64,000 nucleotides of DNA from Burkholderiales bacterium (GCA_017302495.1 JAFLDG010000001.1:4528-68527); one strand, 5' to 3'. Shown: positions 9,908 through 19,668, numbered from the stretch's first letter. Translations and numbers: made by a program. The notes: generated from the letters alone by a model not told the origin.

Positions 9908-11334
9908 TCGACCCCAGAAAGCAGCGCTCTCACCCACCACGCTGGAGGCTGCCGGCCCTGCTGACCACCGCCGCCTTCCTTGGCGGCTGCGCCTCCTTCA
10001 GCCCGGACGGCGGCTTCGCGCCGGTGCAGCAGACCGCCCAGGACCGCCTCGGCAAACAGCTGCAGTGGGCCCGGTCCGACGCCGAGCGGGACGCCGTCGA
10101 CCAGCGCGTACGCGAACTGCTCGCCGGACCGCTGTCGGCCGACGACGCGGTGCAGATCGCACTACTCAACAACCGGGGGCTGCAGGCCGAGTATCACGAG
10201 CTCGGCATCGGCGAGGCCGATCTGGTGCAGGCCGGGCGGCTGCCCAACCCTGGTGTGGCATTCGCGCGCACCACGCAAGGCGGCGAGGTCGAACTCGAAT
10301 GGCTGCTGGCCATCAACCTGGCGCGCCTGATCGCCATCCCGCTGTTCATGGAGGTGGAATCGCGGCGCTTCGCGCACACGCAGCTGCGCGTATCGCTGCA
10401 GATGGTGTCGCTGGCCGCCGACGCGCGCAAGGCCTATCTCAACGCCGTGGCGGCCGAGGAAACCGTGCGCTACATGCGCCAGGTGATGCAGGCCGCCGAG
10501 GCCAGCGCCGAGCTGGCGCGGCGCATGCAGCAGGTGGGCAACTTCAACAAGCTGCAGCGCGCGCGCGAGCAGGGCTTCTACGCCGACGCGGCGCTGAACC
10601 TGGCCCGCGCCGAACAGGCGCAGCGCGCCACGCGCGAGCGGCTGACGCGGCTGCTCGGCCTGTGGGGTGCGCAGGCGCAGTTCAGCCTGCCGCAGCGGCT
10701 GCCCGACCTGCCGAAGTCGACCGTGGACCTGCCCGATATCGAACGGCTCGCACTCGAACAGCGGCTCGACGTGCGCGGCGCCAAGCTGGCCGCCGAGCAG
10801 ACGGCAAAGAACCTGGGGCTGACGCGCACCACCCGCTTCATCAACGTGCTCGAGGTCGGCGCGATCTACAACACCTTCAACGATGCGCCGTCGCAGCGCG
10901 GCTACGAGATCGGCTTCGAACTGCCGCTGTTCGACTGGGGCGACGCGCGCGTGGCCAAGGCCGAAGCGATCTACATGCAGGCCGTGGACCGCGCCGCACA
11001 GACGGCGATCGACGCGCGTTCGGAAGTGCGCGAGGCCTACACCGGCTACCGCTCGGCCTACGACATCGCGCGCCACCACCGCGACGAAATTGTGCCCGTG
11101 CGCCAGCGCATCGCCGAGGAGAACCTGCTTCGCTACAACGGCATGCTGATCGGCGTGTTCGAGCTGCTGGCCGATTCGCGCGCGCAGATCGCCAGCGTCA
11201 ACAACTACATCGAGTCGCTGCGCGACTTCTGGATCGCGCAGGCCGACCTCGACATGTCGCTGATCGGCAAGCCCAGCCTGGCCATCCCCGCTGGGCCCGC
11301 GACCACCGCCGAACCTGGCGCTGCTGCCCACTGA
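9904..11334 (+). CDS. TolC-family outer membrane lipoprotein (copper resistance)
   Basis: Lipobox LGGC, OEP repeats, ELPLFDWG and YNGMLIGVFELL. Confidence 0.88.
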   Translation: MIDPRKQRSHPPRWRLPALLTTAAFLGGCASFSPDGGFAPVQQTAQDRLGKQLQWARSDAERDAVDQRVRELLAGPLSADDAVQIALLNNRGLQAEYHELGIGEADLVQAGRLPNPGVAFARTTQGGEVELEWLLAINLARLIAIPLFMEVESRRFAHTQLRVSLQMVSLAADARKAYLNAVAAEETVRYMRQVMQAAEASAELARRMQQVGNFNKLQRAREQGFYADAALNLARAEQAQRATRERLTRLLGLWGAQAQFSLPQRLPDLPKSTVDLPDIERLALEQRLDVRGAKLAAEQTAKNLGLTRTTRFINVLEVGAIYNTFNDAPSQRGYEIGFELPLFDWGDARVAKAEAIYMQAVDRAAQTAIDARSEVREAYTGYRSAYDIARHHRDEIVPVRQRIAEENLLRYNGMLIGVFELLADSRAQIASVNNYIESLRDFWIAQADLDMSLIGKPSLAIPAGPATTAEPGAAAH

Positions 11335-11351
11335 TCCCGAAGGAATACGAC

Positions 11352-12767
11352 ATGGTTTCCCGACGCAACTTCATCGGCGGCGCCGGCGCCGTCACCGCGG
11401 CCGTCTCGGCGGCCGCGGTCAGCAAGGCGGCGATGGCCGCGCTGCCCGAGCCGGTGATCCAGACCAGGCCCGACACGATGCCGCCGCTGGTGCCCGACAC
11501 CGGCCGCCCCTACAACCCGGTGGTCACGCTCAACGGCTGGACCCTGCCCTGGCGCATGAAGAACGGCGTCAAGGAGTTCCACCTCGTCGCCGAACCGGTG
11601 GTGCGCGAGATGGCGCCCGGCTTCAAGGCGCACCTGTGGGGCTACAACGGCCAGAGCCCGGGGCCGACGATCGAGGTGGTCGAAGGCGACCGCGTGCGCC
11701 TCTTCGTCACCAACAAGCTCGGTGAACTGCACAGCGTGCACTGGCACGGCCAGCGGCTGCCGAACGGCATGGACGGGGTCACCGGGCTCACGCAGCCCGG
11801 CATCCCGCCGGGCAAGACCTTCGTCTACGAGTTCGTCGCGCGCCGGCCCGGCACCTTCATGTACCACCCGCACGCCGACGAGATGGTGCAGATGGCGATG
11901 GGCATGATGGGCTTCTGGGTCACGCACCCGAAGGCGAAGCATCCGCTGATCGACGAGGTCGACCGCGACTTCTGCTTCCTGCTCAACGCCTACGACATCG
12001 ACCCCGGCAGCGCGACGCCGAAGATCATGACGATGCTCGACTTCAACCTGTGGAGCTGGAACAGCCGCATCTTCCCCGGCATCGACCCGCTGGTCGTCAG
12101 GAAGAACGACAAGGTGCGCATCCGCATCGGCAACCTGACGATGACCAACCACCCGATCCACCTGCACGGGCACGAGTTCCTGATCACCGGCACCGACGGC
12201 GGGCCGACGCCGAAGAGCGCCCGGCAATACGAAGTCACCGCCGACATCGCGGTGGGCCAGATGCGGCAGATCGACTTCCTCGCCGACGAGGAAGGCGACT
12301 GGGCCTTCCACTGCCACAAGAGCCACCACACGATGAACGCGATGGGCCACGACGTGCCGACGATGATCGGCGTCGACCACCGCGGCGTCGCGCGCCAGAT
12401 CACCCAGCTGATCCCCGACTACATGGTGATGGGCGAGCGCGGCATGAAGGACATGACCGAGATGGAGATGCCGCTGCCCGACAACACCGCGCCGATGATG
12501 GCCGGGCAGGGGCCCTTCGGCGCGGTCGGCATGGGCGGCATGTTCAGCGTCGTCAAGGTGCGCCGCGACCAGCCGCGTGGCGACTACGGCGACCCCGGTT
12601 GGTACAAGCACCCCCCCGGCGAGGTGGCCTACGAATGGACCGGCGCGCTGCCCGACCCGGCGCGTCTCGAGGCCGAAGGCAGCGGCTCGATGCCGCCGCT
12701 GGCCCGGCCCGCCACACCGACCGAAGTCAAGGTGCGCAAGCCCACGGGCGGGCACTCCGGCCATTGA
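11352..12767 (+). CDS. Tat-exported multicopper oxidase
   Basis: Tat signal SRRNF; Cu ligands HWHG, YHPH, HPIHLHGH and HCHKSHH; Met-rich C-terminus. AAGGA RBS. Confidence 0.92.
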   Translation: MVSRRNFIGGAGAVTAAVSAAAVSKAAMAALPEPVIQTRPDTMPPLVPDTGRPYNPVVTLNGWTLPWRMKNGVKEFHLVAEPVVREMAPGFKAHLWGYNGQSPGPTIEVVEGDRVRLFVTNKLGELHSVHWHGQRLPNGMDGVTGLTQPGIPPGKTFVYEFVARRPGTFMYHPHADEMVQMAMGMMGFWVTHPKAKHPLIDEVDRDFCFLLNAYDIDPGSATPKIMTMLDFNLWSWNSRIFPGIDPLVVRKNDKVRIRIGNLTMTNHPIHLHGHEFLITGTDGGPTPKSARQYEVTADIAVGQMRQIDFLADEEGDWAFHCHKSHHTMNAMGHDVPTMIGVDHRGVARQITQLIPDYMVMGERGMKDMTEMEMPLPDNTAPMMAGQGPFGAVGMGGMFSVVKVRRDQPRGDYGDPGWYKHPPGEVAYEWTGALPDPARLEAEGSGSMPPLARPATPTEVKVRKPTGGHSGH

Positions 12768-12790
12768 ACCCTCAACCACGCGACCCAGAA

Positions 12791-14747
12791 GTTGAAGTAG
12801 GAATGACAGTCACCCATCACCCCCTTCGCAGATCCGTGCTTGCGGAGCTACCGCACACGGCTCTTGCCTTGGGTCGTGACGATCAGACGCTGGTTTGGGT
12901 ACGGGTGGCAGATGCGCAGACGGGGAATCCAGTGCGCAGTCAGTCGGTGCATTCGGCGCCACGGCAGGTGATGGGTGTGACTGCGACGGCACAGGGTGCG
13001 GTGCCACAGTCGTTCCACCTGGTGGCCGAACTGCCTCAGCCGCGCGCCGTTGCACGGCACGCCGAAGTACCGGCCGTGCCCAGCCACCACCGCGCGCAGG
13101 TACTGGCCCTGCTCGGGGATGGGGTGGTGCATGCGCCGTCTGAGTTCGAGCTTGACCGCCTGCAGTTTGGCTCGCAGGCGTTTGGCACTCGTCAGCCGCA
13201 AGACCATGAAGTGCCCCTTCCTCGTCGTCCCGCAGCAGTGCGTGAACCCAAGGAAGTCGAAGGTCTGCGGTTTGCCTTGTTCCCGGCGGCGTCGGTTCTC
13301 GCGGGCGAAGCGCCCGAACTCGATCAGCCGCGTCTTGTCGGGGTGCAGCCTCAACCCGAACTGGCCCAGCCGTTGTGCCACCGCGCGCTGGAAGCGCTCG
13401 GCGTCGTCGCGGAACTGGAACCCGGCCACCCAATCGTCGGCATACCGCACCGCGATCACGTCACCTCGGGCATGGCGCCCCCGCCACTGCTTGACCCACA
13501 GGTCGAACGCGTAGTGCAGGTAGATGTTGGCCAGCAGCGGAGAGATGCTGCCGCCTTGCACCGTGCCCAACTCACTTTGCGTCAACCTGCCCTCTTCCAG
13601 CACGCCCGCGTGCAGCCATTTCTTGATCAGCCGCACCACGCGCACGTCAGCCACGCGATGCTCGATGAACTGCACCAGCCAGTCGTGTTCGATGGTGTCG
13701 AAGAACTTGGCTATGTCGGCATCGAGAACGAAGTTCACCTTCCTTGCGCTCACACCCACCGCCACGGCATCCAGCGCGTTGTGCGCGCTCTTGCCGGGCC
13801 TGAAGCCGTAGCTGAACCCGCAGAAGTCCTGCTCGTAGATGGCGTTCAAGACTTCGACCGATGCGCGCTGGACGATCTTGTCTTCCAGCGCGGGGACGCC
13901 CAGAGGGCGCTTACTCCCGTCGGCCTTGTCGATGTACGCCCTCTTCACAGGCTGGGGCCGATAGCCCCCTCGGGCCAGCCGGTCGGACAGGTCCAGCAGA
14001 TTGCTCTGCAGGGCCTGCCCGTACGACTGCCAGGTCTGGCCGTCCACCCCGGCGGCTGCGTCGCGTTTGACCGCGAGGTAGGCCTGCTCGAGACGTTCGA
14101 CCGCATAGATGTGATGCAGCAGGTTGTCGAACCTCGCATCGCGACGGCACCTTGCCGTCTGTCGTATGCCATCGAGCGCGGTTCCCACGTCATAGACCCG
14201 GCTGGTTCTCCGGGACATGCGCGCCGCGATGGCATTGCCCTTGGCCTGCCGCCTTCCCTCCACCACCTCCGCCGCCGCAGGGATTGCACCCACAGCCTTG
14301 TTCGGCAGCTTCTGCGGTACTACGCAGCAGTCCGACTTCCCGCGCCTGTGGCTCATCGTCGTGTGCCCTTGGGCTTCACGATGCGCTGTGCACTCGACGC
14401 TTCCCAGCGCGATGCACAAGGACGCGGGACCTCCCGGTTTCCGTGCGAGATGTTTCCGCGCATGCGCGGGGTCTCTGACCGCGCGGGGTCCGGCGCTGCC
14501 TCGCCAATGCGGCAGCGCCGGTGTGGCCTTCGACTTATTCCTACAGCCTCGGCACCCCGGACCACCCGCAGCTCTCGCCACGGGGCATGTATTACGCGGC
14601 TCAATACCCGGCCTGCGCGTACCCCTGTCAACGCTTCGCCCACACCCTCACGAATGTGCACGCATGACTCGGGGCCGCCGTAGCTGGCTATGCTTTCAAC
14701 GTATGACTCTTTCATTCACAACATCTCGCCGGCTTTGACCGGCGCAC
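12791..14747 (-). mobile_element. Group II intron (1957 nt), antisense to the cop operon
   Basis: 5' GTGCG at 14747. Domain V GAGCCGTGTGCGGTAGCTCCGCAAGCACGGATC. Domain VI ends CCTACTTCAAC at 12791. Encloses an RT ORF. Joining the flanks gives CCAGAA|AGGAAGCACC-ATG. Confidence 0.9.
12848..14218 (-). CDS. ltrA: Group II intron reverse transcriptase/maturase (no endonuclease domain)
   Basis: AAGVDG, RPLGVP, SYGFRPG, QGGSISPLLANIYLH, RYADD and FDFLGF. The stop lies in domain V. The start is uncertain (14218 or 14356). Confidence 0.92.
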   Translation of the reverse strand: MSRRTSRVYDVGTALDGIRQTARCRRDARFDNLLHHIYAVERLEQAYLAVKRDAAAGVDGQTWQSYGQALQSNLLDLSDRLARGGYRPQPVKRAYIDKADGSKRPLGVPALEDKIVQRASVEVLNAIYEQDFCGFSYGFRPGKSAHNALDAVAVGVSARKVNFVLDADIAKFFDTIEHDWLVQFIEHRVADVRVVRLIKKWLHAGVLEEGRLTQSELGTVQGGSISPLLANIYLHYAFDLWVKQWRGRHARGDVIAVRYADDWVAGFQFRDDAERFQRAVAQRLGQFGLRLHPDKTRLIEFGRFARENRRRREQGKPQTFDFLGFTHCCGTTRKGHFMVLRLTSAKRLRAKLQAVKLELRRRMHHPIPEQGQYLRAVVAGHGRYFGVPCNGARLRQFGHQVERLWHRTLCRRSHTHHLPWRRMHRLTAHWIPRLRICHPYPNQRLIVTTQGKSRVR

Positions 14748-14757
14748 AGGAAGCACC

Positions 14758-15261
14758 ATGCAAGTCAACAAGAGACACCTGATCGTTGCCGCGGCGGCCA
14801 GCCTGCTTGCGGCCACCGGCCGCGTCTTCGCGCACGGCGACGAAAAGCATCCCGCGAAGGCGGGCCCGGTGAAGAAGGAACAGAAGGACTGGGGCATCGC
14901 CGGCGATGCCGCCCAGGCCAAGCGCAGTATCGACGTCGGCATGGCCGACAACATGCGCTTCACGCCCGACCGCATCAGCGTCAAGCTCGGCGAAACCGTG
15001 CGCTTCGTGGCCCGCAACGACGGCAAGCAGATGCACGAGTTCGTCATCGGCACCAAGGCCGAGAACGCCAAGCACGCCGAACTGATGATGAAGTTTCCGA
15101 ACATGGAGCACGACGAGCCCTACATGGCTCATGTGCCGCCGGGCAAGACCGGCCAGATCGTCTGGACCTTCAACCGCGCCGGGCAGTTCGAGTTCGCCTG
15201 CCTGATCGCCGGGCACTACCAGGCCGGCATGGTGGGCACGATCACGGTGAGCGCGTCATGA
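14758..15261 (+). CDS. Periplasmic cupredoxin (CopI-like)
   Basis: Signal peptide, HEFVIG, type-1 Cu loop CLIAGHYQAGM. Confidence 0.88.
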   Translation: MQVNKRHLIVAAAASLLAATGRVFAHGDEKHPAKAGPVKKEQKDWGIAGDAAQAKRSIDVGMADNMRFTPDRISVKLGETVRFVARNDGKQMHEFVIGTKAENAKHAELMMKFPNMEHDEPYMAHVPPGKTGQIVWTFNRAGQFEFACLIAGHYQAGMVGTITVSAS

Positions 15262-15719
15262 CCCCCGGCCGGCGCAAGTTCATCGCCGCGGCGCTGGCAG
15301 CCGTCGCCGCGCCCATGCCAACCGTCGTGGCCGCTGCGCCCGTGGCCGTGGAGGTCTGGAAGGCACCGACCTGCGGCTGCTGCAAGGACTGGATCGTGCA
15401 CCTCGAAGCCAACGGCTTCAAGGTGCAGTTTCACGACAGCGGCAACACCGCCGCACGCGCCCGCCTGGGCATCCCGATGCGCCTCGGCTCGTGCCATACC
15501 GCGCAGGTCGAGGGCTATGCGGTCGAGGGCCATGTACCGGCACGCGAGATCCGGCGCCTGCTGGCCGAACGGCCCGGCGCCGTCGGCCTGGCGGTGCCCG
15601 GCATGCCGATCGGTTCGCCCGGCATGGACGGTCCCGCCTACGGCGCGCGCAAGGATCCCTACGACGTGCTGCTGGTGCGCAAGGACGGCAGCATCACCTC
15701 CTACCAAAGCTATCGATGA
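15258..15719 (+). CDS. DUF411/CopG-like metal-binding protein
   Basis: Tat-like RRKF, CGCC, SCHTA, EGHVP and GMPIGSPGM. Confidence 0.88.
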   Translation: MTPGRRKFIAAALAAVAAPMPTVVAAAPVAVEVWKAPTCGCCKDWIVHLEANGFKVQFHDSGNTAARARLGIPMRLGSCHTAQVEGYAVEGHVPAREIRRLLAERPGAVGLAVPGMPIGSPGMDGPAYGARKDPYDVLLVRKDGSITSYQSYR

Positions 15720-15732
15720 AGGAACCGACGCC

Positions 15733-16074
15733 ATGAACAAGACCCACAAGACACTGATCGCCACCCTCGCTGTCGCGCTGCTGGCGCCTCTGGGCGCGTT
15801 GGCGGACGACGCTCACCACAAACCCGCGGCGGCGGCCTCCGCCGGCACGGGCGCCCTGACCGACGGCGAGGTGCGCAAGATCGACCTCGAGGCCGGCAAG
15901 GTGACGCTCAAGCATGCCGAGATCAAGAGCCTGGACATGCCGGCAATGACCATGGTCTTCGTGGTCAAGGACAAGGCCATGCTCGACAAGCTGAAGACCG
16001 GCGACAAGGTCAGGTTCAAGGCCGTCAACGACGGCGGCAAGTTCACTGTCACCGACATCCAACCTGCGCCTTGA
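15733..16074 (+). CDS. CusF-like periplasmic copper-binding protein
   Basis: GEVRKID...VTLKHAEIKSLDMPAMTMVF. AAGGA RBS. Confidence 0.88.
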   Translation: MNKTHKTLIATLAVALLAPLGALADDAHHKPAAAASAGTGALTDGEVRKIDLEAGKVTLKHAEIKSLDMPAMTMVFVVKDKAMLDKLKTGDKVRFKAVNDGGKFTVTDIQPAP

Positions 16075-16088
16075 ACGCCCGAGGCAGC

Positions 16089-16634
16089 ATGCGCAGGCTG
16101 CATCGCCCGGGCTTGTACGGCCTGGCGCTGGCGGCGGTGATGGCCGCGGCAGGTTTGGCATGGCGCGACTGCCTGCTGCTCGCCTGCAGCGGCGCTCTGG
16201 CCTACCGGCTGTTCCTGCTGTGGATGGACCGCGGTGCGCCGTGGCCGCCGCTGACCGCGGCGCTGAACGCATTGACGGGCGGCGCGCTGGCTGGCGCGGC
16301 AGGTCTGGCGCTGATCACCGGTATCGGCACGGCCGGGCTCGGCTGGTGGCATCCGCAGGCGCCACACGGAGCAGCTGCGATGCTGCTGCCCGCCCTCGCT
16401 GCAGGCTGGTGTTGCACGGCCAGAGACAGCCCGGCAGGCGCGATGCACGAGCTGCGCGTGTGGCTGTGGGTGCTCGGTGGCGCATTGCTTGCCGTGCAGG
16501 CGTACGGACGAGGGCTGGCCATCGCGCCTTGTCTGTTTGCCCTGGCTGTCGGAGTGGTTCTGTTGTGGGCGGGCTGGGGCCTGGCTAGGTACACCACGTC
16601 GGCGCTGCTGCATTCGAGCCGCGAGATGCCATGA
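16089..16634 (+). CDS. Hypothetical membrane protein (possibly a degenerate CDF-like TM domain)
   Basis: About 5-6 hydrophobic segments, co-oriented with the operon. The last helix resembles CDF TM6. Alternative start at 16071. Confidence 0.5.
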   Translation: MRRLHRPGLYGLALAAVMAAAGLAWRDCLLLACSGALAYRLFLLWMDRGAPWPPLTAALNALTGGALAGAAGLALITGIGTAGLGWWHPQAPHGAAAMLLPALAAGWCCTARDSPAGAMHELRVWLWVLGGALLAVQAYGRGLAIAPCLFALAVGVVLLWAGWGLARYTTSALLHSSREMP

Positions 16635-16717
16635 GGCGTTCACTTCGCCATTGATGCGGCCGGCAACGGCTTGAATACTTCAGATAAGGGTCGGGCGCTT
16701 CGGCGCCGAGCTTTCCT

Positions 16718-18337
16718 ATGAACCATAGAGGGCACTTCAGCCATCAGCCAGCGCAAGGCGGGCTGGCCGCCTGGTTGCGTTTCGTCATGCTCGCGCTGCT
16801 GCTGCTGGCAGGCGGATGCAGCACGACACGCATCGAGCTTCCATCGACACCGTCGTTTGCTCTGCCCGACCCCCAGCGCACGGCGCTCGGGCGAGCGTCG
16901 CTCGCCGAGGCAGCCATGCACCCCGGCCAGTCGGGCTTCCGGCTGATCGTCTCGGGGCGCGAAGCCCTGGCCACGCGGGCCGTGCTGGCGGACCTGGCCG
17001 AGCGCACGCTCGACCTGCAGTACTACAGCGCCGCGAACGACCTGACGACCGACCTGCTGCTGCTACGCATCGAGGCCGCCGCGCAGCGTGGGGTGCGGGT
17101 GCGCATCCTGCTGGACGACATCTACCCGCCGACCCGCCAGTTCGGGCAGCGCGCCAACGCCCTGCACCCGGGCATCGAGGTGCGGCTGTTCAACCCCTTC
17201 TGGACGAGCGACGACTGGGACCCGGTGCGTGTGGGCGAACTGCTCGCCGACGCCGAGCGGCTGAACCGGCGCATGCACAACAAGCTGTGGATCGCGGACA
17301 ACGCGGTCGCCATCATCGGCAGCCGCAACCTGGGCGACGCGTACTTCGACGGACTCGACGACGGCAACTTCTCCGATGTCGACCTGCTTTCAGCGGGACC
17401 GATCGTCGGCGAGCTGTCGAGTGCTTTCGATGCCTACTGGATTAGCGCGTCGGCGGTGCCGATAGAGCGGCTCGGCGGCGCATTGGACGCCGCCGCGGCC
17501 GAGCATTCGCGGCTGTCGCTGCTGGCCCGCGCCGACGCCTGCCGGAGTTCGCCGTCCTGCGCAGCGCTCGTCCCGCCAACCCCGCAGGCCGAAGCCGACT
17601 GGCTGCAATCGAAGATCGGCAAGCTGGCATGGGCCGACGCCGACATCACTTTCGACCTGCCCGAGGAGGAAAAGACCGCGGTGCCTTCCGGCATCGAGCA
17701 CGGGTGGATCGAAGACCGCCCAGGAGGGGCGCGTACACAGTCCGAACTGCTGATCGTGTCACCTTACCTGGTGTTCGAAGAGCACGGCCTGGACCATCTG
17801 GCCGACATGCGCCGGCGCGGCATACGGGTGGCGGTGCTGACGAACTCGCTGGACTCCACCGATTCGCTGGCCGCCCATGCCGGATATGCGCGCCGGCGCG
17901 AAACCCTGCTGGCCAGTGGCGTGGAACTGTTCGAGATGCGGCCCCAGGCCGGAATCCGCAGGCACGGCATGACGCACCGCTGGCTTCAGCCGCAGGCCGG
18001 CAGCCTGCATGCCAAGATCGTGGTGCAGGACCGGACCCGTGCCATCGTGGGTTCGCTGAACCAGGACCCGCGCTCGCGCATTCACAACAGGGAGATCTGG
18101 CTCACCGTGCGCAGCCCCGATCTTGCCGCCGAACTGGGTGCGCTGTTCGACGAGGCCACCGACACGCATCATGCTTACAAGCTCGAACTGGTGCCCAGCG
18201 ATGAGGGCCGGCGTGTCGAGTGGCACACGCGGGAGGGCGGCGAGGCGGTCGTCCACAGCGTCGAGCCGGTAGCCAGCCCCTGGCTGAAGCTGTGGCGCGA
18301 CGTGCTGGGTGCGCTCGTCCCCGAGCATCTGCTTTGA
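16718..18337 (+). CDS. Phospholipase D family lipoprotein (ClsC/YmdC-like)
   Basis: Two HKD motifs (MHNKLWIAD, LHAKIVVQD), lipobox AGGC, LDLQYY. Confidence 0.88.
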   Translation: MNHRGHFSHQPAQGGLAAWLRFVMLALLLLAGGCSTTRIELPSTPSFALPDPQRTALGRASLAEAAMHPGQSGFRLIVSGREALATRAVLADLAERTLDLQYYSAANDLTTDLLLLRIEAAAQRGVRVRILLDDIYPPTRQFGQRANALHPGIEVRLFNPFWTSDDWDPVRVGELLADAERLNRRMHNKLWIADNAVAIIGSRNLGDAYFDGLDDGNFSDVDLLSAGPIVGELSSAFDAYWISASAVPIERLGGALDAAAAEHSRLSLLARADACRSSPSCAALVPPTPQAEADWLQSKIGKLAWADADITFDLPEEEKTAVPSGIEHGWIEDRPGGARTQSELLIVSPYLVFEEHGLDHLADMRRRGIRVAVLTNSLDSTDSLAAHAGYARRRETLLASGVELFEMRPQAGIRRHGMTHRWLQPQAGSLHAKIVVQDRTRAIVGSLNQDPRSRIHNREIWLTVRSPDLAAELGALFDEATDTHHAYKLELVPSDEGRRVEWHTREGGEAVVHSVEPVASPWLKLWRDVLGALVPEHLL

Positions 18338-18481
18338 GAAGTTGCGCAGCGCAGCTTGCTTCGGAGCGACAAGCGCCGGACCGGTCTGATTTCGGTGAAG
18401 CCCGTCGTTTCCCGGGTAAGCGCTTGGGGTGCACCTCTTGCACGTGCCACGCAGCTCGACACAACGGCCCGGGCTTCGGGA

Positions 18482-18931
18482 TCACTCAGGCGAGTGCCTC
18501 GTGCCGGAGAGAGTCGCGATGATCGGGCAAGCCTGCGTTGGTCCGGCCTGCCTGCAGCGATGCAGCAGTTCGGATAGCACCTCGCGCATTCGATGCAGAT
18601 CCGCAAGCTTCTCCTCGATCTGACCCAGCCGCGCCTGGGTAACCGCTTGAATGGCCCGGCGGTTGCGGCCGTCCTCCAGGTCCAGCAAGCTGCGCACTTC
18701 GTTCAAGGTGAAACCCAGCACCTGCGCGCGCTTGATGAACGCGATCCTGTCGATCGCCGCAGCAGCATAGACGCGAAAGCCGCCGTTGGCCGGTGGCACG
18801 CGGAGCAGCCCTCGCGACTGATAGTAGCGTACCGTCTCCACACCCACCCCGGCAGCTTTGGCAAGCCGCCCAATGGTCAAGGGCGAAGGCGCCTCCATCG
18901 GCGAGAGCCCCGCAACCGCCCTTCTTTTCAT
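18482..18931 (-). CDS. MerR-family regulator, MerR-like but lacking the Cys82 equivalent
   Basis: LTIGRLAKAAGVGVETVRYYQ HTH. EDGRNRRA replaces EDGTHCEEA of Tn501 MerR; C..CPII is retained. Start may be 18898. Confidence 0.88.
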   Translation of the reverse strand: MKRRAVAGLSPMEAPSPLTIGRLAKAAGVGVETVRYYQSRGLLRVPPANGGFRVYAAAAIDRIAFIKRAQVLGFTLNEVRSLLDLEDGRNRRAIQAVTQARLGQIEEKLADLHRMREVLSELLHRCRQAGPTQACPIIATLSGTRHSPE

Positions 18932-18952
18932 GCCCGAATGCTACGTCCGGAT

Positions 18953-19018
18953 TCCGTAGTTGACCCCAGAGCCGGTTTGACGGCGATCAAAGTTTGCGAT
19001 GCGGTATGCGGAGACACT
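18953..19018 (+). promoter_or_regulatory. Degenerate MerR-type operator plus FNR-type box (class II spacing)
   Basis: TCCGTAG-TTGA-CCCCAGA at 18953-18970, TTGAC-GGCG-ATCAA at 18977-18990, then 22 bp and GACACT. Confidence 0.6.
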
Positions 19019-19039
19019 GGACAGAGAAGCCTGCCGAAC

Positions 19040-19468
19040 ATGACTCTGACCGCCAGCCGCCACCACCGGTGCAGCATCGCCTTGACGATGCTGCTCGTGT
19101 GGGTTTTCGCGCTGCTGTCGGGAGTCGCGAACGCCTGCCTGACGGAACCGCGCGATGAACCGGCACATGCCGGAACGCACGCGCCGCCGGCAAACGACGC
19201 GACTCGATTCGACGCGACGGATCAAGCGCAGCACGACCAGCCCCGCGACAAGGCACCATGCCAGAAGTCCTGCGACGCGACTTCGCAGACCCTGCAGAAG
19301 CAACTGCCCAAGTTCGACACGCCTGAGTTGCAGGCGTTGGTCCCTCCGCCTCACCGGCAGGCCAGCGACCTGTACAGGTCGCCGTCGACCCTGGTCCGCG
19401 CCGTCGTTGCGGCGGTTCCGCCGCCCTCACCCCCACCGCGGGTGCAGTTCTCCCGGCTCGCGCTGTAG
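19040..19468 (+). CDS. Uncharacterised exported leader protein, RLAL family copy 1
   Basis: Signal peptide ..VWVFALLSGVANAC, CQKSC, PPPSPPPRVQFSRLAL*. Paralogous to 47288-47704 and 60604-61068. Confidence 0.75.
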   Translation: MTLTASRHHRCSIALTMLLVWVFALLSGVANACLTEPRDEPAHAGTHAPPANDATRFDATDQAQHDQPRDKAPCQKSCDATSQTLQKQLPKFDTPELQALVPPPHRQASDLYRSPSTLVRAVVAAVPPPSPPPRVQFSRLAL

Positions 19469-19553
19469 CGCGCGACCTCGGGCCGTCGCGACGGACGCTT
19501 CAACGCGTCCGCTGCAGGTGGCCCGCTGTGCATCCCGGCCCGGCCCGGACCTC

Positions 19554-19585
19554 TTGACTCCGTAGCCTGCTACGGACCGCACAGT
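19554..19585 (+). promoter_or_regulatory. MerR-type promoter/operator
   Basis: TTGACT overlapping the dyad TCCGTAGC-CT-GCTACGGA, close to the Tn501 mer TTGACTCCGTAC-N4-GTACGGA. -10-like CACAGT at 20 bp spacing. Confidence 0.8.
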
Positions 19586-19668
19586 CGGGCCACGGCGGCA
19601 TCACCCCTCGACCGGCCACAGGCCGGCTGCACGCCCACCGATCGTTCTCTCGCTTCCAGGAGGCTCCC

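Noticed and set aside
9687-11351. Apparent 555-aa N-terminal extension of the multicopper oxidase (1026-aa ORF)
   Set aside because: Overlaps tolC in another frame; the real start at 11352 has an RBS and a Tat signal.
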